20,000 bases of DNA, taken from positions 292,534 to 312,533 of the forward strand of contig JAWLHB010000002.1 in assembly GCA_041690595.1 (NCBI GenBank), in the 5' to 3' direction. Positions 9,056 to 19,211 of the stretch are shown here, piece by piece (position 1 is the first letter of the stretch; every line of letters begins with the position of its first letter). Position numbers and translations under genes: made by a program. This stretch comes from Lentisphaeria bacterium. Its GTDB lineage: Bacteria > Verrucomicrobiota > Lentisphaeria > JABSQK01 > JAWLHB01. Below the pieces are notes generated by a model, which did not search any database, was not told where the DNA came from, and saw only the letters and a program-made list of their open reading frames with translations.

Positions 9056-11169
9056 GCCGTATCGTCCTTGCCGGTTGGCGGCTCGATGTCGGTGTCCAGC
9101 CGCCTGGTCGGCTGGCGCTGCCACGGTTCGGTCCGCGGCTCCGGTGCCTGCAGAAGCTGGGTACGCTCCGGCATGGCATCATGAACCCGCGTGTGGAGAC
9201 CGGTGGCGGCCTGACGCGAAGCAATCGCGGAAGTCTGACAGGCAGCCAGGACAGTGGCGACCTCGGCCATGTCGCGGGGGCGGTCGCGAGGATCCTTCCG
9301 GAGGCAGCCCATCACAAGGTCCGCCAGTGCCGGGTCGAGATCGGGATGGCGGTCCGAAATGGGCGAGGCTTCTTCCTCCAGGTGACCATGCAGAATGCGC
9401 GGAACTTCCGGCCATGAAAAGGGGGGGCGCCCGGAAAGCAGATGGTAGAGGGTGGCTCCAAAACTGTAGATGTCGCTCTTGGGCGTGATTGCCTGGCACC
9501 GAATCTGTTCCGGGGACATGTACTGGGGTGTGCCGACAAGCATGCCGGCCTGTGTCAGATGCGGCGCGTCCGTCTTGCTGGCGATGCCGAAGTCCGTTAG
9601 CTTCGGGATTGCCGTGGCGGTGAGCATGATATTGCTCGGCTTGAGATCGCGATGAACAACCCCCAGCTGGTGCGCCTGATAGAGTGCCCAGGCGATCCCT
9701 TCACAGGTCCGCACCACCTCCTGCTGCGTCATCCTGTGCTGCTCCTCCAGGACCTCACCCAGACTCTTGCCCGAAATGTACTCCATCGCATAATAGGGCT
9801 GCCCCGATACCTCACCCGCGTCGATAATGCGCACGATGTTCGGGTGATTCAGCTCCCGCAGCAGATCCATTTCCCGCAGAAAACGCTGCACGGCCTGCTC
9901 GTCGGCGGCATAGTGCGGCAGCATCTGCTTGAGGGCGACCACTTCCTTGGTCCGTGGATGGCGAGCCAGGTAGACCACCGCCATCCCACCGTGGCCAAGC
10001 TCGCGGATGAGCTGATACGGCCCCACCTGCGTGTGCAGCACCATCGGCTGGCGGGCAGGAAGACCCGCCAGTATATACCCCAGCGGCATCGCCACCATGC
10101 CATACGACATGTCCACGCTGACCCCGTGGTAGACCATCAGCCAGATCGCCACCACCATGATGCCGACCGCCATGCAGCCGTACCCGATGACCACCGCCAG
10201 CCCCGATCGAAACATGGCAAGATAGGCAGCTATCGCGGCAATGACCATGGCCAGCAAGGCCTGCGCCTGCCGCGCCATATCGCGGCAATAACGACCGTTC
10301 AGCAGAGAGGCCAGGACATTGGCATGGATCTCGACCCCGGCACACAGTTCGTCACCCTTGGCCAGCGGGGTGGCGAAAAACTCCTTGGCTTCGGTCAACG
10401 TCACGCCGATCAGCACGATCTTCCCCTCGAAAAGCCCAGGTTCGCTGAGCAGGGCATTCCCCGAAAGCACATCGGTGGCGGAGACCGAGGCAAAACTCCC
10501 GCCACCACCCACATAGTCGATCCCATGCTCCGCATCGAGTCGCAGCAGCGGATAGCTGCCGGTATGCATGCGGTGCAGCTCCATCGCCAGCGCGTAATGG
10601 TCGTCGCCGAAGATCTCCAGGCGTGGCTTGAAGCGACGCACGACATGGTCCCGGTCGAAGGGCAGGTTCACCAGAGCGACCCGCGCCCGATCGCGGAAGA
10701 GCGGCAAGAGCAGGCGCATCTGCTGAAGCTCGGCCGCCCCGCCAGCCACCCGCCGATCCGTCGCGTCCAGCTTGGCCCCAAGCACAACATTCGGGTACTC
10801 CTGAAGCGCGCTGGCAAAGCGTTCGTCCTCGCCGGGGTCGGTGCGGTCGAGGAAGAGCATGTCGAAGCCGATTGCCGTGGCGCCGCCGCCGTCCACCGCG
10901 GCGAGGAGGTCGGCGTAGAGCGACCGCGGCCATGGCCAGGCGATGCCCAGCTCACTCTGGGTCTCCTCGTCGATCAGCACCAGCACGATGCGACTGCGCA
11001 CGCTGCTGGTGTCACGAAGCTCGGAACGCACGTCGAGCAGAAAGTCGTAGACCTGGTGATCGATCGGCTCGAAGAGGCGTATCCAGGCAAGGCCACCGAT
11101 CAGGAGGATGGCGATGATGCCGCCGGCGACGCCATGGTAGAGCGGTCGCCTGGAGCCTGGCTCGTTCAT
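9052..11169 (-). CDS. CHASE2-domain membrane sensor Ser/Thr protein kinase (Hanks type)
   Basis: N-terminal TM, CHASE2 motifs (IVLVLIDEET, WPWPRSLYA, IGFDMLF, DRDHVVRR, GKIVLIG, GVEIHANVLASLL), three TM helices, then kinase motifs GHGGMAVVY, VALK, HRDLKPSN, DFG, GTPQYMSPEQ. ATG 11169 lies 4 nt after the upstream stop. Confidence 0.95.
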   Translation of the reverse strand: MNEPGSRRPLYHGVAGGIIAILLIGGLAWIRLFEPIDHQVYDFLLDVRSELRDTSSVRSRIVLVLIDEETQSELGIAWPWPRSLYADLLAAVDGGGATAIGFDMLFLDRTDPGEDERFASALQEYPNVVLGAKLDATDRRVAGGAAELQQMRLLLPLFRDRARVALVNLPFDRDHVVRRFKPRLEIFGDDHYALAMELHRMHTGSYPLLRLDAEHGIDYVGGGGSFASVSATDVLSGNALLSEPGLFEGKIVLIGVTLTEAKEFFATPLAKGDELCAGVEIHANVLASLLNGRYCRDMARQAQALLAMVIAAIAAYLAMFRSGLAVVIGYGCMAVGIMVVAIWLMVYHGVSVDMSYGMVAMPLGYILAGLPARQPMVLHTQVGPYQLIRELGHGGMAVVYLARHPRTKEVVALKQMLPHYAADEQAVQRFLREMDLLRELNHPNIVRIIDAGEVSGQPYYAMEYISGKSLGEVLEEQHRMTQQEVVRTCEGIAWALYQAHQLGVVHRDLKPSNIMLTATAIPKLTDFGIASKTDAPHLTQAGMLVGTPQYMSPEQIRCQAITPKSDIYSFGATLYHLLSGRPPFSWPEVPRILHGHLEEEASPISDRHPDLDPALADLVMGCLRKDPRDRPRDMAEVATVLAACQTSAIASRQAATGLHTRVHDAMPERTQLLQAPEPRTEPWQRQPTRRLDTDIEPPTGKDDTA

Positions 11170-11173
11170 GATC

Positions 11174-12316
11174 TCATTCCAGTTCTCGCTGGAGCGCCCG
11201 CAGACGCCCCATGGTGACCAGCCGTTCATTGTCATCGTGGCTGGAGGCGACCCCATCGCGTCCCCGGCTGTGCAGGTAGAAGCCCATGACCCGATCGCCC
11301 CGCTTCAGGTGATAGACGCAATATTCGTTGCCATACGGATCCTTGAAGTCGCTCTGGATGTACGGCCCCTTCCACTCCGCAAGCGGTTGCCCCGCATGGT
11401 CCACATTCTCGACGAGGCCGCGCAGCGTCACCGCACCGGATGACTTCCGCGCTCCCTCTCCGGGCAGGAACTGCGTATCGCGGTAAAGGCGAGCGATGGC
11501 CAGTTGCAGCTTGTCGAAGTCCTCGTCCATCTTCTTGCGTGCCCGATCCTCCGCAATGGCCCCGCGAAGCTCGTCCCGAACGTCCGAAACCCGCTGATCT
11601 TCGATTCTGGCCATCTCGACCGCGCCGCCGCCAAGAACACTGGCCAGCCCCAGTCCCTGCAACTGCTCGTTGAACTGCTGCTTCTCGCGCTCGCGGGCAG
11701 CTTCCATCTTCAGCATGGTCTGCTTGTCGGGCGGCTTGTTGAAAAGCACCTCGATCTGGAAGCCCGCGGGCACGTCCACCGTCTGCTCCCTCAACGGCTC
11801 CTGATACGCGGAGACGCGCACCTCCCCTTCCCAGACGCCGATGGTGCTGTTGCGGGTCTGGGGATCCGATTCGACAAAATACTCAGTCCCCCGCACTGCC
11901 GCGATGGCAGCCGGTGTATAGATCGAGAAGGAACTCGTGTCGTTCTTCTTGAACTTGGCCCACAGCTTGCCGACCAGGAGGCCGATCAAGCTCTTCCCCC
12001 CCTGCTCATCCTCATCACCGCCCTGCATGGTGTGCAGATAGACGAGACTGTATTCGTGCACCGTGACGACCGCCTCTCCCGGGAATCGCAGGACCACCTT
12101 GGCATCCGCACCCGTGCGCAGATAGCTGCGCAGGGGCAACTCCGCCGCCTTCTCCAGCTTCTTCCAGGGGCCCTTCTGGGTCGTTCCATAGCCGGCCTGA
12201 CCTTCAACCTGAACCGCCGTTGCGGTGATCTCCGCCCGCACCGACGAAAAAGCCACGAAGAGCGCGCAGCCCAGGAAGAGAAGAAGAGTGACATGCACCG
12301 GACAGTGAGTACGCAT
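11174..12316 (-). CDS. Exported FecR-domain protein fused to a C-terminal GspG/T2SSG-like pseudopilin globular domain
   Basis: GGAGG SD 6 nt before ATG 12316. Signal peptide ending VRA. FecR motifs LRTGADAKVVLRF, LLVGKLWAKF, IYTPAAIAAVRGTEYFVE, GVWEGEVRV. C-terminus LAIARLYRDTQFLP...LRGLVEN...WKGPYIQSDFKDPYGNEY...FYLHSRGRDG...DD. Confidence 0.85.
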   Translation of the reverse strand: MRTHCPVHVTLLLFLGCALFVAFSSVRAEITATAVQVEGQAGYGTTQKGPWKKLEKAAELPLRSYLRTGADAKVVLRFPGEAVVTVHEYSLVYLHTMQGGDEDEQGGKSLIGLLVGKLWAKFKKNDTSSFSIYTPAAIAAVRGTEYFVESDPQTRNSTIGVWEGEVRVSAYQEPLREQTVDVPAGFQIEVLFNKPPDKQTMLKMEAAREREKQQFNEQLQGLGLASVLGGGAVEMARIEDQRVSDVRDELRGAIAEDRARKKMDEDFDKLQLAIARLYRDTQFLPGEGARKSSGAVTLRGLVENVDHAGQPLAEWKGPYIQSDFKDPYGNEYCVYHLKRGDRVMGFYLHSRGRDGVASSHDDNERLVTMGRLRALQRELE

Positions 12317-12379
12317 CTTGATCCTCCGCTGGTAGATCAGGTTGTCGCATGCCGGTTGCGCTCGCAACCGCTACCCGTG

Positions 12380-12408
12380 AATCTATCTAACTCCGACCCG
12401 AATTGCAA
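12380..12408 (-). promoter_or_regulatory. Putative sigma70 promoter of the FecR-GspG / CHASE2 kinase operon
   Basis: Minus strand TTGCAA (12408-12403), 17-nt spacer, TAGATT (12385-12380). Confidence 0.55.
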
Positions 12409-12530
12409 GAATGGCTCACGCCATGACGGAAGCCAAGCTCCCGCAACCCCAGCATTTCAGCACGGAAACTCCAGGCGATCTGCCGCTTGTGGAGTATAGT
12501 TCCCACTGACCGCACTGGAGAACCTGCGCC

Positions 12531-13262
12531 ATGACTCGCTACTTGAAACAAACTCGCACCGCCACCTATGGCTTCTGGGCTGCCATGCCGCTGCTCATTG
12601 CCTACGAATGGCTGATCATCATCGCCAATAACCATGCCTCCATCTCCGTGCGGGTCGGAGCCGATGTCTGGATAAAGCGCATGCTCGGCTCCCTCGGCGT
12701 TCGCGGACATCTCATCCTGGGCGCGCTCGTGGCGACCATCGGGCTCATCATCTTCTTTCGCGAACGCAAACAGAACATCGAGCTGAAGGGAGCCTATTTC
12801 ATCGGCATCCTGGCGGAGAGCATCGTCTACGCCATCGTTGTGACCATGGTGATCACCACCATGATCAACCGGCTCTTCATCCCCGCCATCGCCCCCATGC
12901 TGGCAGCCGGCCAGGGAGGCATCACCACGATGACGCACCTTGCTCTCTCCATCGGCGCCGGCCTCTACGAAGAGCTGCTCTTCCGCGTCCTCATCTTCGG
13001 CGCCATCTTTCTGGTGCTGGATCGGCTGACCGCCAAACGCGTACCCGCCATCTGCGTCGCCACACTCATCTCCGCCCTCCTCTTCAGCGCCGCCCATCAT
13101 GTCGGCTCACTTGGCGACGACTGGACAGCCCCCGTCTTCCTCTACCGCTTCCTCTATGGCATTGCCCTCCAGCTCCTTTACCTGGGCCGCGGTTTTGGCG
13201 TTGCCGCCTGGACTCATGCATTGTACGACATTATGGTCGTCCTCATCAAGGGAGAACTCTGA
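12531..13262 (+). CDS. CPBP (CAAX protease/Abi) family intramembrane glutamic endopeptidase
   Basis: Multiple TM helices; motifs GLYEELLFR (EExxxR), SALLFSAAHH (FxxxH), WTHALYD. GGAG SD upstream. Confidence 0.9.
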   Translation: MTRYLKQTRTATYGFWAAMPLLIAYEWLIIIANNHASISVRVGADVWIKRMLGSLGVRGHLILGALVATIGLIIFFRERKQNIELKGAYFIGILAESIVYAIVVTMVITTMINRLFIPAIAPMLAAGQGGITTMTHLALSIGAGLYEELLFRVLIFGAIFLVLDRLTAKRVPAICVATLISALLFSAAHHVGSLGDDWTAPVFLYRFLYGIALQLLYLGRGFGVAAWTHALYDIMVVLIKGEL

Positions 13263-14170
13263 TGCCCCAAAGCGACAAGGATATCTACTACTACGATCGG
13301 GCCAGCGGTCGGCTCGAACGGGAGACCGTCTACGGCGAGCGCTTCGTCAAATGGGCCTATCAGGAAGGTGGCAAACCGCTCCTGCACCGCCTCCTCTTCA
13401 CTTCCCCCCTCCCATCCCGCCTGCTCGGCCACTATTTCAACTCACGCTTCTCTCGCCATCGCATCCGCCCCGCCATCGATCTGCTCAAGATCGACACCAG
13501 CGAGTTCCGCGATCCCGTCGAAAGCTTCTCCTCCTTCAATCACTTCTTCACCCGCCACCTCAAACCCGAAGCAAGACCCTTTGACCACGCACCGGACGTG
13601 CTGGTTTCGCCCGCCGATGGGCGCACCCTCGTCTTTCCCTGTGTCGATGGCGATACCGCCGTCCCCGTGAAAGGCAAGAGCTTTTCCGTGCAGGAGCTTC
13701 TGCAGCGCGACGCGCCGGATTTCCGCGGCGGCGTCGTCATCGTCATCCGCCTCTGCCCCGCCGACTACCACCGCTATCATTTCCCCTGCGCCGGCACGGT
13801 GACCGACCAGTACGACATCCCCGGCGCCTATCATTCCGTCAATCCCGTCGCCCTCGCCGCCGGATTCGACGTCTTTACCGAGAATCGCCGCGCTTGTTGC
13901 CTGCTGGAAACTGCCCAGTTCGGCAGCATCGCTTTCATCGAAGTCGGCGCCTTCGGGGTTGCCGGCATTGTCCAGACCTATGCCGGCACCAAAGTCAGCA
14001 AGATGGACGAGAAGGGCTACTTCACCTTCGGCGGCTCGACCATCATCCTCGCTATTCAGGCAGGCAGGATCGTACCATCGGCCGATCTGCTCGCGCAGTC
14101 GGCCAATGGACGGGAGACTCTGGTCAAGGTCGGCGAGACGATCGGCCGCGCCGTCAATCCCCACGCGTAA
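13262..14170 (+). CDS. psd: Phosphatidylserine decarboxylase proenzyme
   Basis: [48 protein letters not shown], and the self-cleavage site [11 protein letters not shown]. Start overlaps the CPBP stop (TGATG). Confidence 0.95.
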   Translation: MPQSDKDIYYYDRASGRLERETVYGERFVKWAYQEGGKPLLHRLLFTSPLPSRLLGHYFNSRFSRHRIRPAIDLLKIDTSEFRDPVESFSSFNHFFTRHLKPEARPFDHAPDVLVSPADGRTLVFPCVDGDTAVPVKGKSFSVQELLQRDAPDFRGGVVIVIRLCPADYHRYHFPCAGTVTDQYDIPGAYHSVNPVALAAGFDVFTENRRACCLLETAQFGSIAFIEVGAFGVAGIVQTYAGTKVSKMDEKGYFTFGGSTIILAIQAGRIVPSADLLAQSANGRETLVKVGETIGRAVNPHA

Positions 14171-15422
14171 AGAGGACGCTCTCCTCGTACTCGCGGATCC
14201 GCGTCAGCCAGTTGATGCCAACCGGCACATTCTCGCGCAGGCAGTAGTAGTCCCACACCGCCCCGAACGGCATCGTCTTCAGCTCCTCCAGAAGGGCCAG
14301 ACGCTTGGTGAAATCCCCCTCGACCTCGTACTCGCGCAGGATCTCGGTCGGCTCCAGCAACGCCATCATCAGCGCCTTCAGCATCGCCCGCGTGCCGATC
14401 GTCCAGGCCGCCACCCGATTGATGCTGGCGTCGAAAAAGTCGAGCCCGATGTGCACGCGGCCGAAGTAGTCGTTGCGCGCCACTTCCTGGGCCAGCGAAT
14501 GCAGATCGTCTGAGAGGATCACCACATGGTCGCTGTCCCAGCGCACCCCGCGACTCACATGCAGGATGACCTCATCCACGAAGAGCAGAACCGACGACAA
14601 TTTGTCGTAGATCACCTCGGTCGGATGAAAGTGACCCGCATCCAGGCAGAGCATGACCTCATTCTCTACCGCATAACCAAGATAGAACTCATGCGAGCCA
14701 ATGACGCAGCTCTCCGAGCCGATTCCGAAAAGCTTCGACTCCACCGCGTCCCGGTGGTGGCGGGGGTCCAGCTTCTCCGCGAACATCTCGTTCAGCGACT
14801 CCTTCAGCAGCGCGCGATGCCGCGCCCGATCGATCGGGATATCCTTGTAGCCATCGGGTATCCATACGTTGGTGATACAGGGGGTGCCCAGCTGACTCCC
14901 CATCGCGGCGCTGATCGTGCGGCAGCGTTTGCCATGCTCGATCCAGAAGCGGCGAATGTCCGCGTCCATGCTGGCAAGCGTGAAGCCGTCAGCCGCCTTT
15001 GGGTGCGAAAAGAAGGTCTGGTTGAAGTCCAGCCCGATTCCCTGCTCCTTCGCCCAGTCGATCCAGCCCTGAAAGTGCTCCACCCCGATCTCGTCGCGGT
15101 CCACGTGCTTGCCGCCGAACTCGCCGTAAATAGCATGCAGGTTGAGCCTGTGTTTGCCGGGAAGCAGGCTGTACGCCTCTTCCAGATCCTGCCGCAGCTC
15201 GTCGGGCGTGCGGGCCTTCCCCGGATAGTTGCCGGTCGCCATGATGCCGCCACCGGTCAGTCCGGCACTGCTTTCAAAACCACCGACGTCGTCCCCCTGC
15301 CAGCAGTGCAGCGAGATCGGCACCTCGGCAAGCGTATCCATCGCGGCCTCGGTATCGACGCCAAGCTCCTCGTATATCTCCTGCGCTTCGGCATAGCGAC
15401 GCTCGATTCTGCTCTCACTCAT
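14154..15422 (-). CDS. rhaA: L-rhamnose isomerase
   Basis: [101 protein letters not shown] before ATG 15422. Confidence 0.97.
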   Translation of the reverse strand: MSESRIERRYAEAQEIYEELGVDTEAAMDTLAEVPISLHCWQGDDVGGFESSAGLTGGGIMATGNYPGKARTPDELRQDLEEAYSLLPGKHRLNLHAIYGEFGGKHVDRDEIGVEHFQGWIDWAKEQGIGLDFNQTFFSHPKAADGFTLASMDADIRRFWIEHGKRCRTISAAMGSQLGTPCITNVWIPDGYKDIPIDRARHRALLKESLNEMFAEKLDPRHHRDAVESKLFGIGSESCVIGSHEFYLGYAVENEVMLCLDAGHFHPTEVIYDKLSSVLLFVDEVILHVSRGVRWDSDHVVILSDDLHSLAQEVARNDYFGRVHIGLDFFDASINRVAAWTIGTRAMLKALMMALLEPTEILREYEVEGDFTKRLALLEELKTMPFGAVWDYYCLRENVPVGINWLTRIREYEESVLFTRGD

Positions 15423-15471
15423 GATCAGCTTCCTTACTGGTGATAAAAGATGGCCATTCCCTACTTCTGCA

Positions 15472-15500
15472 AGAATAGTAGGCTGCCCCGAAAATGTCAA
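15472..15500 (-). promoter_or_regulatory. Near-consensus sigma70 promoter for rhaA
   Basis: Minus strand TTGACA (15500-15495), 17-nt spacer, TATTCT (15477-15472). Confidence 0.7.
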
Positions 15501-15513
15501 CCACGCTGCACAC

Positions 15514-18500
15514 CTACTCCACGATCAGGATGCGAAGATCGTGCGCGCCCAGCTCCAGGCGGCGGCCCGCGTACTCGCCCCATTCGCGCACCCGCTTCTC
15601 CGGATTCCAGAAGGTGCGGAACGCATAGCCGCTTTCGGCATCCCGTACACTCGCGGGCACCCTCCCAAGCAGCGCGGGAAGGAGTTCGAACTCCACATCC
15701 AACTCCCGGTTGTTTCCATTCAAAATAACCAGCGCCGCCTTCCCCTTGCCGTGATAGATCGAGCAATAGACCTCCGGAGTGTCGACCTTCACCATCTCGC
15801 CGCTCCGCCAATAACCCGTGAAGGGGCAGGCCGCATCTTCGCTAAAGAAGCCAACCGCCTCGTCCAGCAGCTCCGGCAGCTTCTGGTGCTCCCAGGCATA
15901 CTCCGTTCCCCAGCGGTAGGCGCCAATGTCGTGAAGCAGGCAAAGCCCGATGATGTTCCGCGAACGCCGCCGCGACTCCGCCTGCGTCGACGCTTCCCCC
16001 CCGCCATAGCGCGAGGCAAGCCGATGAATGATCCCCCGCTTCAGCCGCGCATACGACCGGAACTGATGCACCGACATCTGGTCGAGCAGCGTATTCGTCG
16101 GTCCATCCACATAGAAGTCGTTCTCGATATGCCACGCCACCTGGTTGAAGGACCAGTCCACGTGCATGTTGCCGATCCACCACGGACGCCGGTTCAACTG
16201 CCAGCCGATCGTGTTGAGCCGGCGCGTCAGCTCCCGCCGCATCCCCGTATTCCAGCGCCAATAGAACTCCTGACGCCGCGGATCGTAATCCTTGATCTGA
16301 AAGCTCGACCGATTGTCCCACCAGGTCCCGTTCACCGGGCAGTCGCGCAACAGCTGATAGTGGTACCAGACGAAGCAATCCACCTGGCTCTGCACCCAGT
16401 TCACCCCGATCTCGTGCTGATCCCGCTTCAGCGTCGACTCGTAGGAGCCCTGCATGTTGAAGCCATTCGACTTCGCCGCCAGCTCCTGCGACCGCAATTG
16501 CGTGTTGCCAAGCCACTCCCCCCCATAGGTGTCGAAGCTCGGCAGATCCATCATCATGTTCTTCGTCGAACCGTACAGGGTGATCGGCAACTGCCGTCGC
16601 GCCGCTATCTCGGCATCCTGGCGAAAACCACCCAGAGGTCGTCCCGGAGCCCGAAGCCCCTGCAGCATCTGCCGCAACGCCTCGCGGTCGTTCTGCTCCA
16701 TATAGTAGCCATCGCTCGAACGCCCCCACTGCCGCCAGCCAAAAGTGCTGTGCGCGTACCACCCCGGCCCGACCGGGCCCTGATGTCCCCAGCCAATCAC
16801 CCGCTCCGCCAGCATCTTCTTTACCGGATCGGCCAGCAAACCGAAATGGAAACGGCGTGTTTGCTTCACTTCCACCGGCTCGCCAATAAAGTGAATGTGC
16901 ACCTCGACTAGCCCGGCACCGTTGCGCACGACCTCCACCGCCGGCCGCTTCTCGCTCATCACCCAGTCGCGATTATCGTCCGCAAACCACCAGAGACCCT
17001 TGTCGCCGTTGCCTGCATGGACAATGGGCGCAAAGGTGCGCCAGACATCCCCATTCCGCGGCACCGGCTGAAGCATGCCGCTGTGCCAGACAACCCCCTG
17101 CCCGGCCGGAATCGCGTCCATCTTGTTGCCGCCGGCAAAGGTATCCGCCCCTCGCTGCACGTACATCGTATCCGCCCCTTTCCACAGCGGCAAGACCAGC
17201 GTCAGCGAGTCGATCGTGCCACCACCCGCCGGCGGCGTCACAAAAAGCTCCACGTCGTAGTAGCCGTCAAAGAGCATGCGCGTATCGGCAATCAGCGTGA
17301 AATCCCCCATCTGCCCCAGCGAGCGCAAGACCACCTGGCTCTCCGACTGCGAGATCAGGGCAGCATGTGGGTCACTCAGCGCCAGCTCCTGCCCACCATG
17401 CACCAGCGTCAGGTGTATCGGCCGTTCGAGCAGCCTCTCCCGACCAGCCCCACCCTCCGCTTCGATCGACATCGGCAGCCCCATATCGCCGATGGTATAG
17501 GACCGCAGAATCGGTGACAACACCTGGCGCCCTTCCCGCTCCTCCACCTTGATCGGCTTGAAGGGCGGAAAAACGACCTCCTCCTGGCCCAGCGCGTTGC
17601 CCTCCCACTCATAATGCCGGCGGACAAACGGCACCTCCCGCACCTCTCCAACCATCTCGCCACCATCGTTCAACAGCTTCATCTCCGCCACGTACTCGCC
17701 CTCCCCCAGACGTCCGCAGTTGACAAGCAACCGCCCCCGGCCACCCTCGATTCGACCGATCGCGCTCGCCACCGCTTCTCCCTCCCACGGCCGGATACTC
17801 ACGGCAAAGCTGCCCGCTCCCGCCACCGCCTCCGGCATACCAAAGAAGTCCAGATCCACGCTCGTCTCCGCGATCCCATGCGTCGGCCAATAAGCGAACC
17901 GCCACTCCGGCTCTCCTGACCGGGGCTTCTGTTGCAGCCACGGCTCCACCCGCGCCGCCCATTCAACCGGATCGACCAGCGACTTCACCGGCAATTCCAC
18001 CTCGTACAGCGTCACCAGCTCGCCCTCTGCCGCACCCTCCTCAGCCGGAAGGCGAGCCGTCGCCAGGATATGCAGCCGATTCCGGCCCGACGGCCAGTTG
18101 ACCTCGCGTTCCACGACCATCGAGGCAAGTCCCCCAGGCGCCACCACCGCCTGGCGATGCTCGCGAAAGAGTTCGCCCCCCTGTGGATCCCGCGCCGTCA
18201 CCGTTACCTCGATCTCCGCCTCCTCGCTCCCACCGAGAATCTCGAATCCCAGGCGCGGGCGCCCCTTGGCCAGCTCACCCGTCTCCAGAAAACGGAAGAC
18301 CGGCGCATCCGCATCGAAGACGATCTCCCCGAAATCGCCCCAGGCCATCCAGGCTTCACCTACCCAACCAGCAAAGTAGACCCCACCCGGAGCATCCGCC
18401 CGCAGCAGTTGCATCACCCACGACTCCCCCTCCAGATCCTTCGGCGCCTGCAGCGCCGCCAGGGAAATCTTCAACTCCATCTCCCACCGCGACTCCGTGA

Positions 18501-19056
18501 CCGACACCTTATGCTCGCCGATGATCGACCAGTCCTGCTCAGTCCCCGGCGTCCCATTGAAATACCACATGTCATGGAGCGTCCCCTTGGCATTGGTCAT
18601 GATTTTGTAGAAACCTTTGCCCGGCGCGGAGTAGTTCCGCCTCCCCTGCGTCGCAATCTGAATCTCCGTATGATCATCCCAGAGGATAGCCCCATCGTCA
18701 TCCTCCTTCACCCGTGCCGCCGGCCAGGTCCCCGGCGGATGCGGCGAGCGCATCGCCAGATAGAAGTACTCGGCGTCGTAGCTCACGAACCATGTCACCT
18801 GCTGTTCGTTGGCCACTACCGACTTCTCCGCGCCTCCCGGTCCGCCCCAGGTCACCATCCCCGTTATCGCCGGCACCGACGCATATTCCTCCTCACCAAT
18901 CACCCCGTCAATCACCGGGCTCATGCTCAACCGCGGAATCCGCCAGACCGGGTGATCGTACGCCGCGCCCACGGTGAACGCCACGCCTATCCCCAGGACC
19001 ACACCAAGGAAACTGAATCTCTTCATGCCTCTACGCCCCCATGCGCTCCGCTCCAT
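15514..19056 (-). CDS. Large secreted protein with an N-terminal CBM9-like domain and a DUF6067-like putative glycoside hydrolase region
   Basis: GGAGGT SD before ATG 19056 (alternative start 19026). Signal peptide. [12 protein letters not shown]...[11 protein letters not shown]...WDDHTEI...WEMELKISL resembles CBM9-type sugar-binding domains. Later [45 protein letters not shown] resemble the DUF6067-type proteins of PVC bacteria. The ORF is secure; the product is tentative. Confidence 0.7.
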   Translation of the reverse strand: MERSAWGRRGMKRFSFLGVVLGIGVAFTVGAAYDHPVWRIPRLSMSPVIDGVIGEEEYASVPAITGMVTWGGPGGAEKSVVANEQQVTWFVSYDAEYFYLAMRSPHPPGTWPAARVKEDDDGAILWDDHTEIQIATQGRRNYSAPGKGFYKIMTNAKGTLHDMWYFNGTPGTEQDWSIIGEHKVSVTESRWEMELKISLAALQAPKDLEGESWVMQLLRADAPGGVYFAGWVGEAWMAWGDFGEIVFDADAPVFRFLETGELAKGRPRLGFEILGGSEEAEIEVTVTARDPQGGELFREHRQAVVAPGGLASMVVEREVNWPSGRNRLHILATARLPAEEGAAEGELVTLYEVELPVKSLVDPVEWAARVEPWLQQKPRSGEPEWRFAYWPTHGIAETSVDLDFFGMPEAVAGAGSFAVSIRPWEGEAVASAIGRIEGGRGRLLVNCGRLGEGEYVAEMKLLNDGGEMVGEVREVPFVRRHYEWEGNALGQEEVVFPPFKPIKVEEREGRQVLSPILRSYTIGDMGLPMSIEAEGGAGRERLLERPIHLTLVHGGQELALSDPHAALISQSESQVVLRSLGQMGDFTLIADTRMLFDGYYDVELFVTPPAGGGTIDSLTLVLPLWKGADTMYVQRGADTFAGGNKMDAIPAGQGVVWHSGMLQPVPRNGDVWRTFAPIVHAGNGDKGLWWFADDNRDWVMSEKRPAVEVVRNGAGLVEVHIHFIGEPVEVKQTRRFHFGLLADPVKKMLAERVIGWGHQGPVGPGWYAHSTFGWRQWGRSSDGYYMEQNDREALRQMLQGLRAPGRPLGGFRQDAEIAARRQLPITLYGSTKNMMMDLPSFDTYGGEWLGNTQLRSQELAAKSNGFNMQGSYESTLKRDQHEIGVNWVQSQVDCFVWYHYQLLRDCPVNGTWWDNRSSFQIKDYDPRRQEFYWRWNTGMRRELTRRLNTIGWQLNRRPWWIGNMHVDWSFNQVAWHIENDFYVDGPTNTLLDQMSVHQFRSYARLKRGIIHRLASRYGGGEASTQAESRRRSRNIIGLCLLHDIGAYRWGTEYAWEHQKLPELLDEAVGFFSEDAACPFTGYWRSGEMVKVDTPEVYCSIYHGKGKAALVILNGNNRELDVEFELLPALLGRVPASVRDAESGYAFRTFWNPEKRVREWGEYAGRRLELGAHDLRILIVE

Positions 19057-19211
19057 GGCATACCTCCAGCTGATGTTCTTTCTCTCATGACCAGCCCTAA
19101 CCTATCTCCATCCGCACCGAAATTCCCACCCGAGCCGCCACCGCCTCGGAAATAACCGCTGCCGGCCGAACTGGAATCGTTCAAGGTTTCACAGTTTTTT
19201 GGAACTTTCAC

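Noticed and set aside
11174..11550. A true gspG gene or T2SS locus
   Set aside because: No prepilin cleavage/methylation motif, the domain is in frame with FecR, and there are no other gsp genes in the window.
2469..19155. Long opposite-strand ORFs (2469..4208, 9652..11217, 11504..12499, 14526..15443, 15421..16911, 17932..19155 and others)
   Set aside because: They mirror well-supported genes on the other strand, as expected from GC-rich codon bias; no recognisable domains.
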